A stretch of 64,000 bases of DNA from Lophium mytilinum. Taxonomy: Eukaryota. The translations under genes and the position numbers were made by a program. Below the pieces are notes generated by a model. It was not told the origin of the DNA and ran no database searches. It saw nothing but the letters and a program-made list of their open reading frames with translations. The DNA is taken from contig MU004182.1 in assembly GCA_010093605.1 (NCBI GenBank), positions 321,502 to 385,501 of the forward strand, read 5' to 3'. How positions within the stretch are numbered: position 1 is the stretch's first letter; each line of letters opens with the position of its first letter. Of the stretch, positions 25,280 through 38,735 are shown in pieces.

Positions 25280-26047
25280 AGTCGGAAATGTGGCCGGGCG
25301 ACTACCTTAAAGGATAAAGCACAGCAGAGAATTGCAGCACCACGAAAGGAGGCAATACAGCATCAATATAGCGCTCATCCTGAGCCTTAGCCGCAGCCTT
25401 AGCATTAGCCTCATCCTCAGGCGGTAAGGGTTAGTTCTAAGAAGCTCCAACTGTCCTTGCGTCATATAAGCAGAATATAGAATGTATATTAATTTTAATA
25501 GCCAGGAGATGGTGTTTGCGGTGGCTGTATAAGGGGTTTATTAAATATATATAAGCCGTAATAGGGCGAGCTTTAAACAATTTTGGCATGATTATAGACA
25601 CGTAGATAGGTAAGTAGCAATGCAATAGGCTATACAGCTGAGGCAATAGGAAAGATTGCACTATAGTACTTAGTGTCGTGCCCTCCAGATACTTTCCAAT
25701 GCCATTTAAGATCGAGAACCTATATTCTGATAAAGTATATACTTTCGTTCGAATAAGTTGATGCGATACATTGGAAATTCTTGGGGTATCTCCTATATAA
25801 TACAGCTTCACCGTCGGTGAAGGATTTCATAGCTAAAACCGCGCCGTTTCGTCAACAAGTCTTAGAGAACCAAAAAAACGAACAATGGAGATGAGCAAAA
25901 TTTAAACAACCATGCTTGAGACCAACTCCATATAAGTCCGTAGAGATGCACCCTCAATCAAACAACTCTCCAAACGCCTTCAGCACCCCCTTCCAGAATG
26001 TGACGATAAAGAAACAGGGGTATATGGCAGCTACCTATTCTGCGATC

Positions 26048-28039
26048 TTATCCGCGTCCTCCAGGGCCGTAATCGAGGGCAGCCTCGAATTTTGTTGGAA
26101 CACCGCCCTGGTCATATTCATAATCTGTCGTCTGGTTTGAACCCTCAAGCTCAACGCCACTGTCTCTGTCTGTGCGGGTGGATGACATTGAAACCCGATC
26201 AGATACAGATACCGATCGATCCGGAAATGTCCATGCACTTAATAGAGTTCCGCCTTGCACAGTGTCTTCGCCGCCTTCGTTCAGCACCTGATCCTCAGAG
26301 CTCAGAACACGCCCACCCAACTTCACGTCACAGACTCTAACCTTATACTCGAGTGCTTTCTTTCCTTCACTGATCAACTCTTCAGTCCATCCCAAGCATC
26401 GTTTTAGACTTTGGTTCATTTTCTGGCTGTCTACGAGCAGTTCACGATGCTTCGAGAGATCCAATTGAAGTCTCTTCTCGTCTTTCTCTCGGTAGTACGA
26501 GTCTCGATCGGCGAGCGCGTCTGGACTGAGAGCCTCCTCGTCGAACGATGAATCGCTGGTGTCCTCTTCATTATGCCCATTTTCTTCTACAATATGTTGT
26601 TCTTGAGTGTCTGAACCAGCGTCACTGTCATCGTCGGCGATTATCGACAGATCACCCTGCGAGGAGCGATCTGTGTCGAATGAAAAGCGACCGGCACGAC
26701 TTAGCCTACGGAACCGTCGGAGTTCAGCCTTCTGTTTCCGGACCTCACGCTCTAGTTGGCGATTAATTGCGAGCAGTGATGAATTGCTTATTTCCAAGTC
26801 GAGGACTTTGCGCTCTCGCCGTGCATTTGCAGCAAGCTCATTCATATGCTGGAGCGCGCTTTGACCGGTGCTCGACTTTGCAGGGCTCTGAGGCAAGGAT
26901 AGAGGGAGGCCGGACAAGTCTTCTCGGGGAGGCGTGGATGCAGAAACAACGCTGTCTGGCCTAGATCCATTGTTGACTGATCTAGCCTCTCGTTGGAGTG
27001 GGCTAGGCGATGGCGAGGAGCCTGAATCAATATGTGCTTGCAGGGCTTTCTTTAGTGGGGTGACATAGTCAATAGAAGAAAGGCTCGCACTTTTGCCATG
27101 GCCCGCGCGAACGAATGATGATTCGGCGCTGGATCTTCGGCGTGATGCCCGCTCATCGTCGATATCTCGAACACCTGGGCTCCCTAAATATGAATGGGCA
27201 GGCAGAATGGACAGCCCAGAAGGTCGTTGGGAAATGGATGGGCGGATTACTTGCGATGCGCCTTTTCTGTATGACAAGTGTATACTCTCCTTCGGCGGCG
27301 ATGGTGGTCGTAGCGAAGGATGATTCTGTGCTGGGTTTCGATATGAGGTCGTTTCAGGAACAGTTGACAAAGGCGGCGTGAGGATCGGGGAGTGGCTCTT
27401 GATGTCTGACTGGGGCTGTGAGCGTGCTCCAAAAGGCGGCGGCGACGAGCCCCCGGCCAGACGAGGAGAACGCTCATCCTCTATCCCATTCGCATAGAAG
27501 AAGGCTGCCGGTTTTTTCTGGGGTGGGTTTGAATCTTGTAACCTGGAGTCTAAGGCGTGAAAAAACATGGGGGAGTTATCCCGGGGCCCGCTGCTATCTG
27601 AACCATACGATGCTGGCGATCGTGCGAGGGCTCCGTTTTGAGGTCCAGAGCCTGCATTGACAAAGCTTTTCGGCCTAGAAGCAGACGTGTCGTATACTCC
27701 AAGCCCATTAAGTGCGTTTCCTTGGCCCCGAGCATCAAGCCCGCCGACAGTGGATACAGGCCGAGTAGTCGTAGGCGTGCCCGATGGAGTGCCATTGGGG
27801 GTTGATTGTGTACTGTTGGTCCCCACGCGGGATTTTCTTGACGAAGAGCGGGGTGTTATGTTGTGGTTTAGAAAGGCTTTGACAGGCGTGGACAGGTCAT
27901 CGCTGCGGTCTGACCGCTGTGTTTGGCTGGCAGAGGGGGTTGCCAGTCTGGGTGTTTTCGGTGTTCTGGCAGTGCGGTTGGAAGCCAGGGTCGGCATCAG
28001 CGGCCGGGTGTTGTTGGCATGGTGTCTGTCTGTGGGCAT
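26048..28039 (-). CDS. Conserved fungal protein of unknown function; S/P-rich disordered N-terminus, C-terminal coiled coil
   Basis: 663-aa ORF with ARRERKVLDLEISNSSLLAINRQLEREVRKQKAELRRFRR and DEKRLQLDLSKHRELLVDSQKMNQSLKRC...EGKKALEY, motifs I recall from uncharacterised fungal proteins. Confidence 0.85.
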   Translation of the reverse strand: MPTDRHHANNTRPLMPTLASNRTARTPKTPRLATPSASQTQRSDRSDDLSTPVKAFLNHNITPRSSSRKSRVGTNSTQSTPNGTPSGTPTTTRPVSTVGGLDARGQGNALNGLGVYDTSASRPKSFVNAGSGPQNGALARSPASYGSDSSGPRDNSPMFFHALDSRLQDSNPPQKKPAAFFYANGIEDERSPRLAGGSSPPPFGARSQPQSDIKSHSPILTPPLSTVPETTSYRNPAQNHPSLRPPSPPKESIHLSYRKGASQVIRPSISQRPSGLSILPAHSYLGSPGVRDIDDERASRRRSSAESSFVRAGHGKSASLSSIDYVTPLKKALQAHIDSGSSPSPSPLQREARSVNNGSRPDSVVSASTPPREDLSGLPLSLPQSPAKSSTGQSALQHMNELAANARRERKVLDLEISNSSLLAINRQLEREVRKQKAELRRFRRLSRAGRFSFDTDRSSQGDLSIIADDDSDAGSDTQEQHIVEENGHNEEDTSDSSFDEEALSPDALADRDSYYREKDEKRLQLDLSKHRELLVDSQKMNQSLKRCLGWTEELISEGKKALEYKVRVCDVKLGGRVLSSEDQVLNEGGEDTVQGGTLLSAWTFPDRSVSVSDRVSMSSTRTDRDSGVELEGSNQTTDYEYDQGGVPTKFEAALDYGPGGRG

Positions 28040-29060
28040 CTTGGGGGTGGGCCTACAGAATCGCGAGGGCTGGCATCGTCCCGGTGGTCAGAGGCCGAGG
28101 ACGGTGTGGATTTGCAATTGGCGGTGGATCAAAACAGAGCGCGCGGTGGTTGGAGGAGGGGAGGATTGTAGACGGCGGCAGGCGTGGCAGACAGTGCGGG
28201 AGAGTGCAGAGCAGGGGCTGGCAGGGGCTGGCGACGTGTTGGAGTCGAAGTTGCATGTGCATCTGGGAAACTTCCTGCGGTGAAATGGAAGCTGTGGTGT
28301 GATGATGCGGGTGGGTGCGGTAAACGACAATAATAGAGGGGGCATAAAAAAGGTGGCACTCTATTCTACAGGTGTGTGCCACTGCTTGGAGTTCTTCAAT
28401 GTATTTTCGGAAGTCCAAACGGGATAGAAAATCTGCCTTTTGGGGTCTGTGGAAACTTATTGAGGCACTTCAAACAGTGGTGAACAGGTGCATCTAGAAA
28501 TATAGCGTGGTAATTTCATATTAATAGAGAGTGGCAGTCTACTATATAAACCTACAAGGTACACACGCGCTCTCTCCGTTTTCTAAATCTATACGCTTGT
28601 TTAGCACTGCTTGAGGCCCTCCGGTATGCTATTGCTATTCACAAAATACCAGCTCTGGCAAGCCTGATAGCTCTTTGGGCTACCTCAGGCAGTGTTGAAC
28701 TGCTGTAGTGTGCCACTTCTTTCACGCCTAGCGTGTGTACGTAAGTATACGCTCTGACCGCTATTCAATAGCATCTAACGCATTGGATAGCCTTGTAAAC
28801 TGGATTATCGCTGTTCGGCCTGCCTCGACATATTCTTCAAAGTTTGAAGAATACAATTTGAACAGTGCGTAAGACTTGCAGGGTGCCACCAGAGGCAGCG
28901 TTATCTGGTTGTGCGCGGGTGCTAAGCGGCCAGCTTACATTAAATGCCCCGGACTGGGGAAACGTGAGTTCGTGATAGCTGAGGTGCTGGGATACGCGTT
29001 CTCCGTGCAGCATCAAGAACACCACCAAAAATTCCATGTCTGCGCCTAAACTGCGCCAGC

Positions 29061-31058
29061 ATGAGCCCCGAGATCGATGAGAATGGCGTTCCCACCCCAG
29101 CTACAGCGACGCCTTCTGCCGTTATCCACGACGACGCTGCAAATGCCGCAGCCGACCCGTCCGTCAGCCAGCACCACACGCTTAAGTATTCCCTACTTGG
29201 ACCCTCTCTGACGAAAGCCGGCCAAGACAGCGTAGACCAGCAGAAGGTGCTCCACTCAGTGCCTCAAAATTATACAGCCTACTGACACTAGAGGCTGTAG
29301 GTATCGGAAGTCATATACAATGCCTCCAAAGGCTCCAAGTTTTTCAACAACGAAGAGGCCAGAGACCGCAACCTGACCGAGAAAATCAACCGTATACTGG
29401 CTCGAAAGCACCAGCTCGAGCGCCTCGACCTTGCCTCTGACCTGCGCCGCGCCGACGACTATATCACCGAGCTGGAGCTTGGCCGGGACTTGACGCAGAC
29501 GGTGGTGCACATCGACTGTGATGCATTCTATGCCGCCGTGGAGGAGCTGGATAGGCCAGAGCTGCGTGAGGTGCCAATGGCCGTAGGCAAAGGCGTTCTG
29601 ACCACCTGCAACTATCATGCGCGCAAGTTTGGCTGCAGAAGCGGCATGGCCGGCTTCGTCGCCATGAAACTCTGTCCGCAGTTAGTCTGCTTACCTCTAA
29701 ACTTCGAAAAGTACACGGCAAAGGCAGAAGAAATTCGCGCTATCATCGCCGAATACGATCCTCGTTTCGAAAGTGCTAGCATCGACGAAGCCTATCTCAA
29801 TATCACAAGCTACTGCAACGAACACAGCATTGGGCCCGAGGAGGCTGTTGCTCAGCTTCGCGCCGAAGTCCACCAGAAAACTCTTATAACCGTATCCGCA
29901 GGAATCGCCGCAAATGCAAAACTAGCCAAGATCGCTTCTAACAGAAACAAACCAAACGGCCAGTTTCGGATCGCGAGCGACAGATCAACTATCCTTGACT
30001 TCATGAAGACTTTGCCCACTCGAAAAGTTAACGGTATCGGGCGAGTGTTCGAGCGAGAGTTAGATGCCATAGGGATAAAGACTTGCGGTGACATCTATGC
30101 ACACCGAGCCTACCTTTCTAAACTGTTCGGAGAGAAAGCGGCCCAATTTTTGATGCAATGCTATCTAGGCCTTGGTCGGACCAGCATTCAGCCCGCCGAA
30201 GATTATGAGCGAAAAAGTGTCGGAACGGAGTCAACCTTTCGAGAAATGAGCGGGAAGACAGAGCTGCGTGAAAAGTTACGGCATATCGCTGAAGAGTTAG
30301 AAAAGGATCTGGAGCGCACTCAGTACAAAGGCCGGACCTTGGTACTGAAAGTCAAATTACACACGTACGAAGTTTTGACAAGGCAGATTGCCCCACCCAA
30401 GGCCGTCCATACTGCTGGCGACTTATACAAGTACGCTTTGCCGATGTTGGCAAAATTGGAGAAAGAGTTTCCCGGCATGAAACTTAGACTCATGGGCCTT
30501 AGAGTAACTCATATTGTAAGCACTAAGAAGGCCGGTACTAATTTCTTCGGCCTGAATAAACGTACTACTTCTTCTGGAAGCGGAGAAACCGTATCTAAAT
30601 CCGGCACTTCGAAAAAAGGGGCCGATGAAGAATGGGAGGTGTGGCCAGAAGCAGAGTTTGAGGAAGCTGCCCGACAGGAACGGCAAGACGAAATGAATGA
30701 CTTGGAGGCACTGAGCCAGGAATATCAGGAGTTCCAGGGACCAGACCACAGTGGACGGATATCATCGCCTTCTCTCACTTTAGACCAAGCCGAGGCGGAG
30801 ACGGAGAAATGGGATTGTCCTGTCTGTGGCTTTTCACAGGTGGCCGATGACAGGGCTTTCAATTCCCATATCGACTTCTGTCTCTCTCGGGGAACTATCA
30901 AGGACGCTGTCAAATCCACATCTCCAGTGCCGCACATACTAGCGAAGCCTCAATCAAAGTCTGCCTTGGGACAAAACCCCGGGAAGCGGAAACGGGGCCG
31001 TCCACCCCAGGCAACCCAAGCTACCCAGGCTGTAAAACGCAGGCCGTTCTTCTCTTGA
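29061..31058 (+). CDS. POLK: DNA polymerase kappa (Y-family, DinB)
   Basis: Exon 1 ...LGPSLTKAGQDSVDQQK; intron 29247-29300; then VSEVIYNASKGSKFF, VHIDCDAFYAAVE, TCNYHARKFG.RSGM, ASIDEAYL, AKIASN.NKPNGQF, RKSVGTESTF, UBZ CPVC...HIDFC and C-terminal FF. Confidence 0.96.
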
Positions 31059-31197
31059 TGTGGTGTCGGTGAGTGTGTAAAGTAGCTAAACTCAACGATA
31101 CCGAGGCCGATAAGCCTAGAGCAATGTTCCATGAATTCCCCACTTGATTTCGTGTTTCAATTTGGTCGTAAGGACCTCACATCATTTACACCAACTA

Positions 31198-34100
31198 CTA
31201 ATCCTGCTTATCTCCAAACACAATTCGCCTGAGCAGCTCCGCTTCCCCACTCCTCTTTACAAGCTCTTCGAAAGCGCCCACACCTGTCCCGCTCAACAAA
31301 TCCCTCGGGGATCCAAATTCAAGTGCTCTCCCCTCACCCATCACTAGTATCCGATCGAAGTCCGCTATTGTGCTGAGACGGTGCGCGATCACAATGAGAG
31401 TACTATTCCTAAACTCGTCCCTAATGCTAGCTTGGATGAGCTCATCGGTCGCCTTGTCTACTGCGGAGGTAGCTTCGTCTAGGACTAGTATCTTCGGGCG
31501 TGACAGGATGGCACGAGCCAGACAGAGCAGCTGGCGCTGGCCTTGAGAGAGGTTTTGCCCACTTTCCGAGATTTGATTGTCAAGAGAGGTGAAAGGGTTG
31601 ACATCTTTCCTACTATTACTCTCTGATACGTCTTGCTGTGGAGAAACCAGGTGGACTCTTAGGAGCGCTTCTTTCAATCTTTCATCGGAGTGCTCCTTGA
31701 ATGGATCCAAGTTCGAGCGGACGGTTCCGGAGAAGAGCACCGGGTCTTGCGGAATGATAGCCAACCGGCTTCGCAGCAGCCTAAGTTTGATGCTTGATAT
31801 ATCTATGCCGTCAATCACGATCTTTCCTTCTCGAGCTTCCAGGAAACGGAACAGAGCAAGTGTAAACGACGATTTGCCCGCTCCAGTCCGCCCCACGATT
31901 CCGATCCGCTCGTTCGGCTCCACCCCAAAGCTCAGCCCTTTCAGCACCGCGGGCAGATCCGGTGCATATCCGATGACGAGGTTTTCCACTTCGAGGCGCC
32001 CTTCTGCTGGCCAAGCAGCGGGCACATCGGTGCCGCCTTCGGTCTCGGTTTCCATCTCAGAGTACTCCACTACTCGTTCCGTGGCATTCATGCCCAACTC
32101 CACAGTGCTATACTGCCGCAGAACCCACATCACAGCCATAGAATACTGGAGCGTAAAAGTCAACGCAAACCCAGCGAGTGGTGCTCCGAGAGACTTTATC
32201 GACACTATGAGTAATGCCATGGCGGTGCTGAATGCTGCTCCAAGCAGTCCGAGTCGAAAGCATAGCCATTGGTTGAACACCCACATGTACCACAAGGAGC
32301 TTCCGTAGTGGTCAATCTTGGTGAACATATCCGCGATGTACACATCTGTTCTTGAGAAGGCGCGGATGGTGCCCACGCCAGCCAGAGCGCTGCCGAAAAG
32401 GTCGAAGATGGGTGATTTTGTGATACTCTCTAAGCGCTTCGTTTCACGAGCGCCTTCTAAGAAATGAAGAGCGAATCGACTGTTGACGCCGATGAGGACT
32501 GCTGCAAAGATTGCCATATATGGTGAGACCATGATCCTGTGACATTTTAGCGCTGCGAGTGAAGAAATTATAACCGAGGGCTCATGCTGTGAGAGTCTTC
32601 GACGGTAAGAGTTGCTCAATCATAAAGAAGGACAAAACCTTACCCAGCGATCGTTATACCAACCACTCTCAAAGCATAGTTGATAACCATTGCAACTGCA
32701 GTGCTCATCTCGGAGTCAATGACTCGAAAGTCGGTCGTAAACCTGTTCAACACTCGGCCAATGGGAACGGTATCGAGCCATCTGATCGGTGCGCGTAGAA
32801 CTGCATGAGTAAAGCCGTGGAACAAGACTCGGCTTGCCATAACAGACGCGTTGAAGACAACATAGTACCTCACAGCGCCCACAATGCAAAGAACCAGAGA
32901 GATGACGATGTAGACTATTAAGTAATGCTGCAAGTCTGGATCGAGGTCCACAGACTTGAATGGCCCGGTCGTCATGATATGGTAGCTGGGATCGTTTGTC
33001 GAAAGTCCAGTGACCATGGCTTTTGGACTGTAACTGTCGGTCCAGATTGCCAGCCATAAGTACTGGTAGTAAAGTTAGCGTTCCACTCAAAAATGGCTTC
33101 GGTCAGTCTCGAAAACAAAGCTTTCGCTACCACAGAAACGGTAAATTCACACACCTGACCAAGAAGTCCCGTTTCGTAGGCAGCGAACGTCAAGACGATG
33201 ATTGCCCAGAACCAGAAGCCACCTCCAGCGGACATGTAGCCCCGGTAAACAGCCCAGGAAATACGTCCACGCATGGTTGTCTCCTCTTCCACAAACTTCT
33301 TGGGCGCAGCTTTTGGTCCAACAGAAAGCCCTCCGTCGTCAATTTTGTCCGACCTCACGCTGATCGCAGAATGTCGCCGTCTTCCGGTTCCATGGCTCCC
33401 ATTCAGTGGTTGCTCTGTTTTTGCCGACGATGATGCTCGTCGATGATCTTGTATATCAAGATCCGGAAGTGTATCGCCATCCTCGGTATCAGAAACGGCA
33501 TCTTCTTCGTCTTCCAGAATTTCGTCGAGCTTGCCCCGTGCCCGAAGTTCCTCGACAAACCCAGCTTGGCCGACCGTACCTCCACTTAGGTGAACTGAGT
33601 ACTTCGTTTTGGGAAGACACAAGCTCGCGTGGTGAGTGACAATAATTCTTGTTCGATTCTGACCGAGCTCCCCCGCGATGGCGTTTTCCAGCAAGTGGAG
33701 GCCCACGTGAGCATCCACGGCACTGAAAATATCATCCATGATGAGGATCCCTGCGCGTGAGTAGAGTGCCCGAGCAAGCGTAATCCGCCAGCGTTGACCA
33801 CCGCTAAGATTGATGCCATGGGCTCCAATCTCTGTCATGTCTCCGTCGGAAAGAAGGAGAAGATCTTGGCTTAACGCACAGGCAGACAACACCTTTTGAT
33901 AGCGGCTATCATCGAATGGTAAGCCGAAAAGGACATTGTCCCTGAATGTACGATTCTCAATCCAGGGCTGCTGACTGACGAAGGCAACAGCCGACTCAAT
34001 AATCCAGTTAGATGATGTGGCTTTCCCGTCATGTCTGTCATTTAGCGAGGGCGATCTGGGAACGGTAATTGTGCCCTCCAAGAGCTCGACCTCGCCAAGA

Positions 34101-36553
34101 ATAGCAGCAAGCAAAAGACTCTTTCCAGCCCCAGTCTTTCCGGAGATTATACTGAGCTCATTGACTGGGAAAGAGACGTTGATATTCTTGAGAATGAAGG
34201 TTTCATCGTCTACATCCTTGTTTGATGGCCACGCAACACTGGCGTTGGAAAACGATATGCAATCCCCATCAATGGTATTACTAGTCTTGTCCGGAGCATT
34301 TAAGTATTTCTCAATTCTCTCGAGGCTGGTCCAAGCGTTGATGACATTCGTAATGAGCTCCGGAATCCAAGACATTGTGGCTTGTAGCTGACCCAATAGG
34401 CTGACGGTGGTAAAGGCAGTGTATGCGGACAGACCTCCATGGATTGCTGCGTATGCTGAGATAGATATGGAAGATAGGACCACGGGTCCAGCCAACCAGG
34501 AAAAAATGAGGACGACGTCTGCTCGGAAACCAGACCACAAGGCATCCAGTTCGAGGTTGCGAGCAGCCATAATCTTAGCCTGCCAACGGTCTTCTTGAGC
34601 AGAAAGCTTTATCTGGCGTATGCCAGCTAACGTCTCATTCAAGATTGCTAACTTTTCGTCTCTGGCTTTCATAAGATTGTCCTGTTTCATGTAAGCACTG
34701 GGAGAATACGTTTCCACTAGAGGCCATTCCAGTGGCCCTATGCAGAGGAAACAATAATATAGGCTAGGAGCATTCATTGATATTAATGAGTCATCACAGC
34801 TTACCTGCGCATTTGCATATATTCGAACAAAATAGGTGCTGATCGGAAAGATCACAAATTGTCCGGCAACACCGGCGAGTAAAGGTTGCCATCTAGAAAC
34901 CCAGGCACGATTTAGCGACCTCATGTCTATCCTGATATCTCAGTTTTGGATGAGCTTACCCGATGAGAAGAGCAAGGAAAGTAAAAGACATAGCCATCTT
35001 GAGAATGGTCAAAAGGAAGAAATTTTGGAAGATTGAGGTTTCTGATATCCTCATGGCGTCGAACCCGATCAAATTTATCGTACCCTGTCGAGATTTCTGG
35101 ACATGTTTTGTTTGATTATCTTGTGGTCCAGATTTGGGATCCTTGTCAGAATCTTTACTTTGAAGTTTCGTGGCTGTGTCCTCCTTCTCTGCCTCTTTGA
35201 CGTCTTTGCGTTTCATAGCCTTCGAGAATATGAGTGCCATGAGCTGTACACGCATAGGCACGAAGACAAACGCGCGACTTGAGTACCTTTGAGAGAATAG
35301 TCAGAAGAAATGAAAATAGGGGAGCAATCAGAAGGGCTGCACTCACCACATGTAGGTCTCACCCAGAAGATTGAGCAGCAGGCAAAACCCCAATCCGACA
35401 GCCCAGGAGAGGGAAGACGCGCTTGCAGCTGCTCCGGGTGGTTGGACTTCGAGAGCTCGTAATAGTTTGTATAAAGCGATTTGCGGCATGAACTCGACTA
35501 CGGCAAGGATCGTTGTAATCATGTGCTGCCATAATATGGCACGTCCATGTGCCATGATGACAAGTTTTGCGAGCTTTGCCGTGCGCTTCTTTTCATTGAA
35601 GGAGTCATGCAGCTCTCTAGCCCTTGTATTATGGTCCATCGTAGGCAAATCATCTACGGTCAGGCTCTGATGTGATACGATGGATGCTAAGAGTGAATTG
35701 ACCCATGAGAAAGTCATGTGATTCAGTGCCGATACTGTCCATTGTCGATCCACGATTTTGCCTTCGTGGAAGACATCGGGTCGCCGAGGAAATGTAAGAC
35801 AGACGACGAGTCCGAGGGCAAGTAATGCTACATTCGCTAAGAGAAGTTGCTGCTTTTGATAGGACATGTTCCAGATATCATATCGGAGAAATATGATTGA
35901 GAGAAGCACGGCTTGTTCGAGAGCTCCTAGAAAAGCGAATCTGTATCGCTTCACTGGCTCACGAGTCAAAGCAATAGCGACAGCCTGAGTAAAGAAGGTT
36001 GCCTTGGATATGGTTAGCTAGAACACCGCACAAGCGGTACACAATGGGCATCATGATATTCAACGACGAGATGAGTTCTGTGCGCAAGGACGCAAACCAG
36101 ATGACCTAGAGTGCCGCAGCTGGAGAACCAAGAGTGCTGTGCGGAAAGAAAAGTGGTGAAAAATTGGAGTGGCTTTGATCGGGTCGACAGCCGAGAGAAA
36201 AGGAGGCAAAATAGAAACGGACGACTCACAGAGGCTGAAAAGTTCAGCCATTCTGCCACTACGTGCTCCAGATTGCTACTCAATGCCGTTCGCGTCTCCA
36301 ACACTGCGAATGTGAGGGATAGGGCTGCAGCGGCAATAGTCGAGAGCAAAAGGACGGCGCTCTGGAGTCTGCATGAAGAGAAGTCTCGCTGGCTCTCCAA
36401 CGTCGCACTCCCATCCTTGTCGACGTAAAGATTGTTGAAACCAGACGCCGAGTGGTGTTGCTTGACACGGGTGAGGTTCTCAAGGCTCGGGACCGTTGCG
36501 ATCGCCACGAAGGCGAGGGTTAGCGTCACAACTACCAGCTCCCAGGAGACCAT
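31198..36553 (-). CDS. ABCC/MRP-type full ABC transporter (Ybt1/Bpt1-like), ~7 exons
   Basis: Two NBDs: GKTGAGKS/LSGGQ/ILIMDD and GRTGAGKS/LSQGQ/ILVLDEATSAVD, plus PIGRVLNRF. ORF fragments join in frame across GT-AG introns. Confidence 0.92.
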
Positions 36554-36963
36554 GATGGATAGAACTGTACGGTACTAAAATTGCGTGGGGCATCGTTGAA
36601 TCTACAGATCTTATTATTGTGCCATCTTTGCTTGCGCCCTTTTCGGTTCCACAATACTCGGTAGATGACTCAAACGAACGATGCTGCCAAGAGGCAACTC
36701 GCACCAGTTAGGGAGGTGCATGCATGCACTGTTGATCTGCACGCATACGGGCACACAGTCATATACTGTGAATGAGATGAGTGAAATTCTATATAGCTAT
36801 GAAACACAAGAAACAGCTATGGCCATGCTCGAAACATATCTCTGCACCGCAATAATATGCAATCAAACCAAAAATCCAAAATCTATGTCCATTCCCAGGG
36901 TATTGATCCCAAACCAAAACTTCCACCGGGGTATTACTCATGTCGGCATTAGGTGGGGTGAGG

Positions 36964-38276
36964 TCATGCCCACTTTCCCAGTAGAGCCATTATGCCTGTA
37001 TTTTGTGAGCAATGAGCAACATTTAGTGTCGAACGCGATTTCTTACCTGCACCTAGGCACATTAAGCCAAACGCACTTAGAACAACCTTAATAGGCGCCT
37101 TCTGCATGTACGGGCTGAACATGAATTCGTGGGCCATGAGCTCGACTAAGCCAGTATAGATCAAGATCCCGGCGCTGATAGAGTCGAACACGCCATTGAC
37201 AATCAATGTCGTCTGCGATCCGGGTGGGTACGAGTTGCGTACCGCAAGACCGACGGCAATGGCAATTGGTGTCGATAGCCCATAAGCAATGCCGAGGATA
37301 TAGGGCGTCCAGCGCTTGGAATTTGGCCACGGTACAGTAGCAAGTCGTGAGCCGAGGCCGAGGCCTTCAAACGTCTGGTGGAATACTAGTACGACATAAA
37401 GGGTCTTGAACTCGGCGCCCGACACGGCTAGTGTGAGGCCGATGAAGACAGAATGGAAGATGACGCCGAACTCGAGGATAAAAATTGCGGTTAGTTGGGC
37501 CTCGTATGACTCCGGTGTCAAGCCCCTTTTTTGCCAGTCAGATTCGATATCCGCGTTGTCGGTGTGTTCTCGCGCATGGCCGAGGTGGTCCTCTCCCGGG
37601 GCATGGTGGTTAGGGGTGGGGCTGGGCGTTCCGTCTTCCTTTCGCACTTCTAGGGTGCTCAATTCATCCTCGCGACTGCTGCCACGAGTCCGCGCGGCAT
37701 CGTGTCCATGAGCGTGTCCGTCGGAGTCATGGCTGTGGGCTCCTCCAAAATTTCCATATCGCATGGCCATCAATTCTAGAAAGAACATGACGATGATGGT
37801 CATGAGAACTATCCCCTCAACCCAGTCATAGCTGGTGATGGGGCCAGTCAAACACGGATTTGTCAGGGCTTCATTGGCAGGAGCCAGCAACTGGACCGAG
37901 TCAGGCGCGTTGAAAGCAAGTAAAAGAGAAGGCAAACTAACATGGATAAAAGCAGTGGCAACGATAATGCCAGAACCAAAGTATTTGGTTACGAAAAAGG
38001 CCCAGTCAGGCACGCCCAGGCCTCTGTGCCGATGGGCATAGACGGGAAAGGTCGCACCTGGTGAATAGTTTTAGCGAAGGGGCGTGACATGGGCTCAGCA
38101 GACCATTTACCTATAAGAGATCCGAGGAGGATGACGAAGATGGCGGAGACGCGCAGGCCGATCCGGCCATTGAACTCGTTCGAGGTGTCGCAATGGCCTG
38201 GGGTCCCGATGAGACTGTCGGGCGACTCGCTTTCCGCGCGAACCACGAGGCGGGCCAGGTCGTGGGCGAAGTCCAT
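36964..38276 (-). CDS. ZIP-family zinc transporter (Zrt2/ZrfB-like), 4 exons
   Basis: C...NEFNGRIGLRVSAIFVIL; KYFGSGIIVATAFIH; His-rich loop; ILEFGVIFHSVFIG; FHQTFEGLGLGSRL; IYTGLVELMAHEF; MALLGKWA. Confidence 0.95.
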
Positions 38277-38735
38277 GGCGCTGGGTGGGCGGTACAGGAC
38301 GAGAGACGGCGTACAGCGTAGCACGGCAGGCGACCACAAGTGGTACTAAAGGCTGCACTGTCGGCGGTGGCACAAGAGAGGTGCTTGAGGATAGCGAAAG
38401 ATAGAGGAAACGAGGGTCGTTGAGGGAGTAATTGAAGGTGCGACTGATGAGCACCCTGATGGGTGTTTTTTGGCCCGTCAGCAAGGCTCAAGAGCAAAAA
38501 TGCGGCGACGGAGACGGCTGCAGCGCCTGGGGAGCAGCGTTGCCGGCGAAGACAATTGGCAGCTTGGTGTTGAGTACCATGATGTCCACGGCCGCGGGGG
38601 GGTTTCAGCGTGGCCTTTTGTCGAGCAAGCGCAAAACGTGCAGGCCATTGTTGGAGCCAGCGCAAGATTCCATGGACGGGCACAAAGAGGCCTTGCTGTT
38701 TCCCCTGGATTGAAGCTGCCACAAAGCTGCCCATC

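Noticed and set aside
34682..34804. In-frame stop-free introns (123 nt here; ~51-66 nt in the kinase, ZIP and PTH11-like genes)
   Set aside because: Short 3n introns without stops are expected by chance and have normal splice signals; nothing indicates regulated retention.
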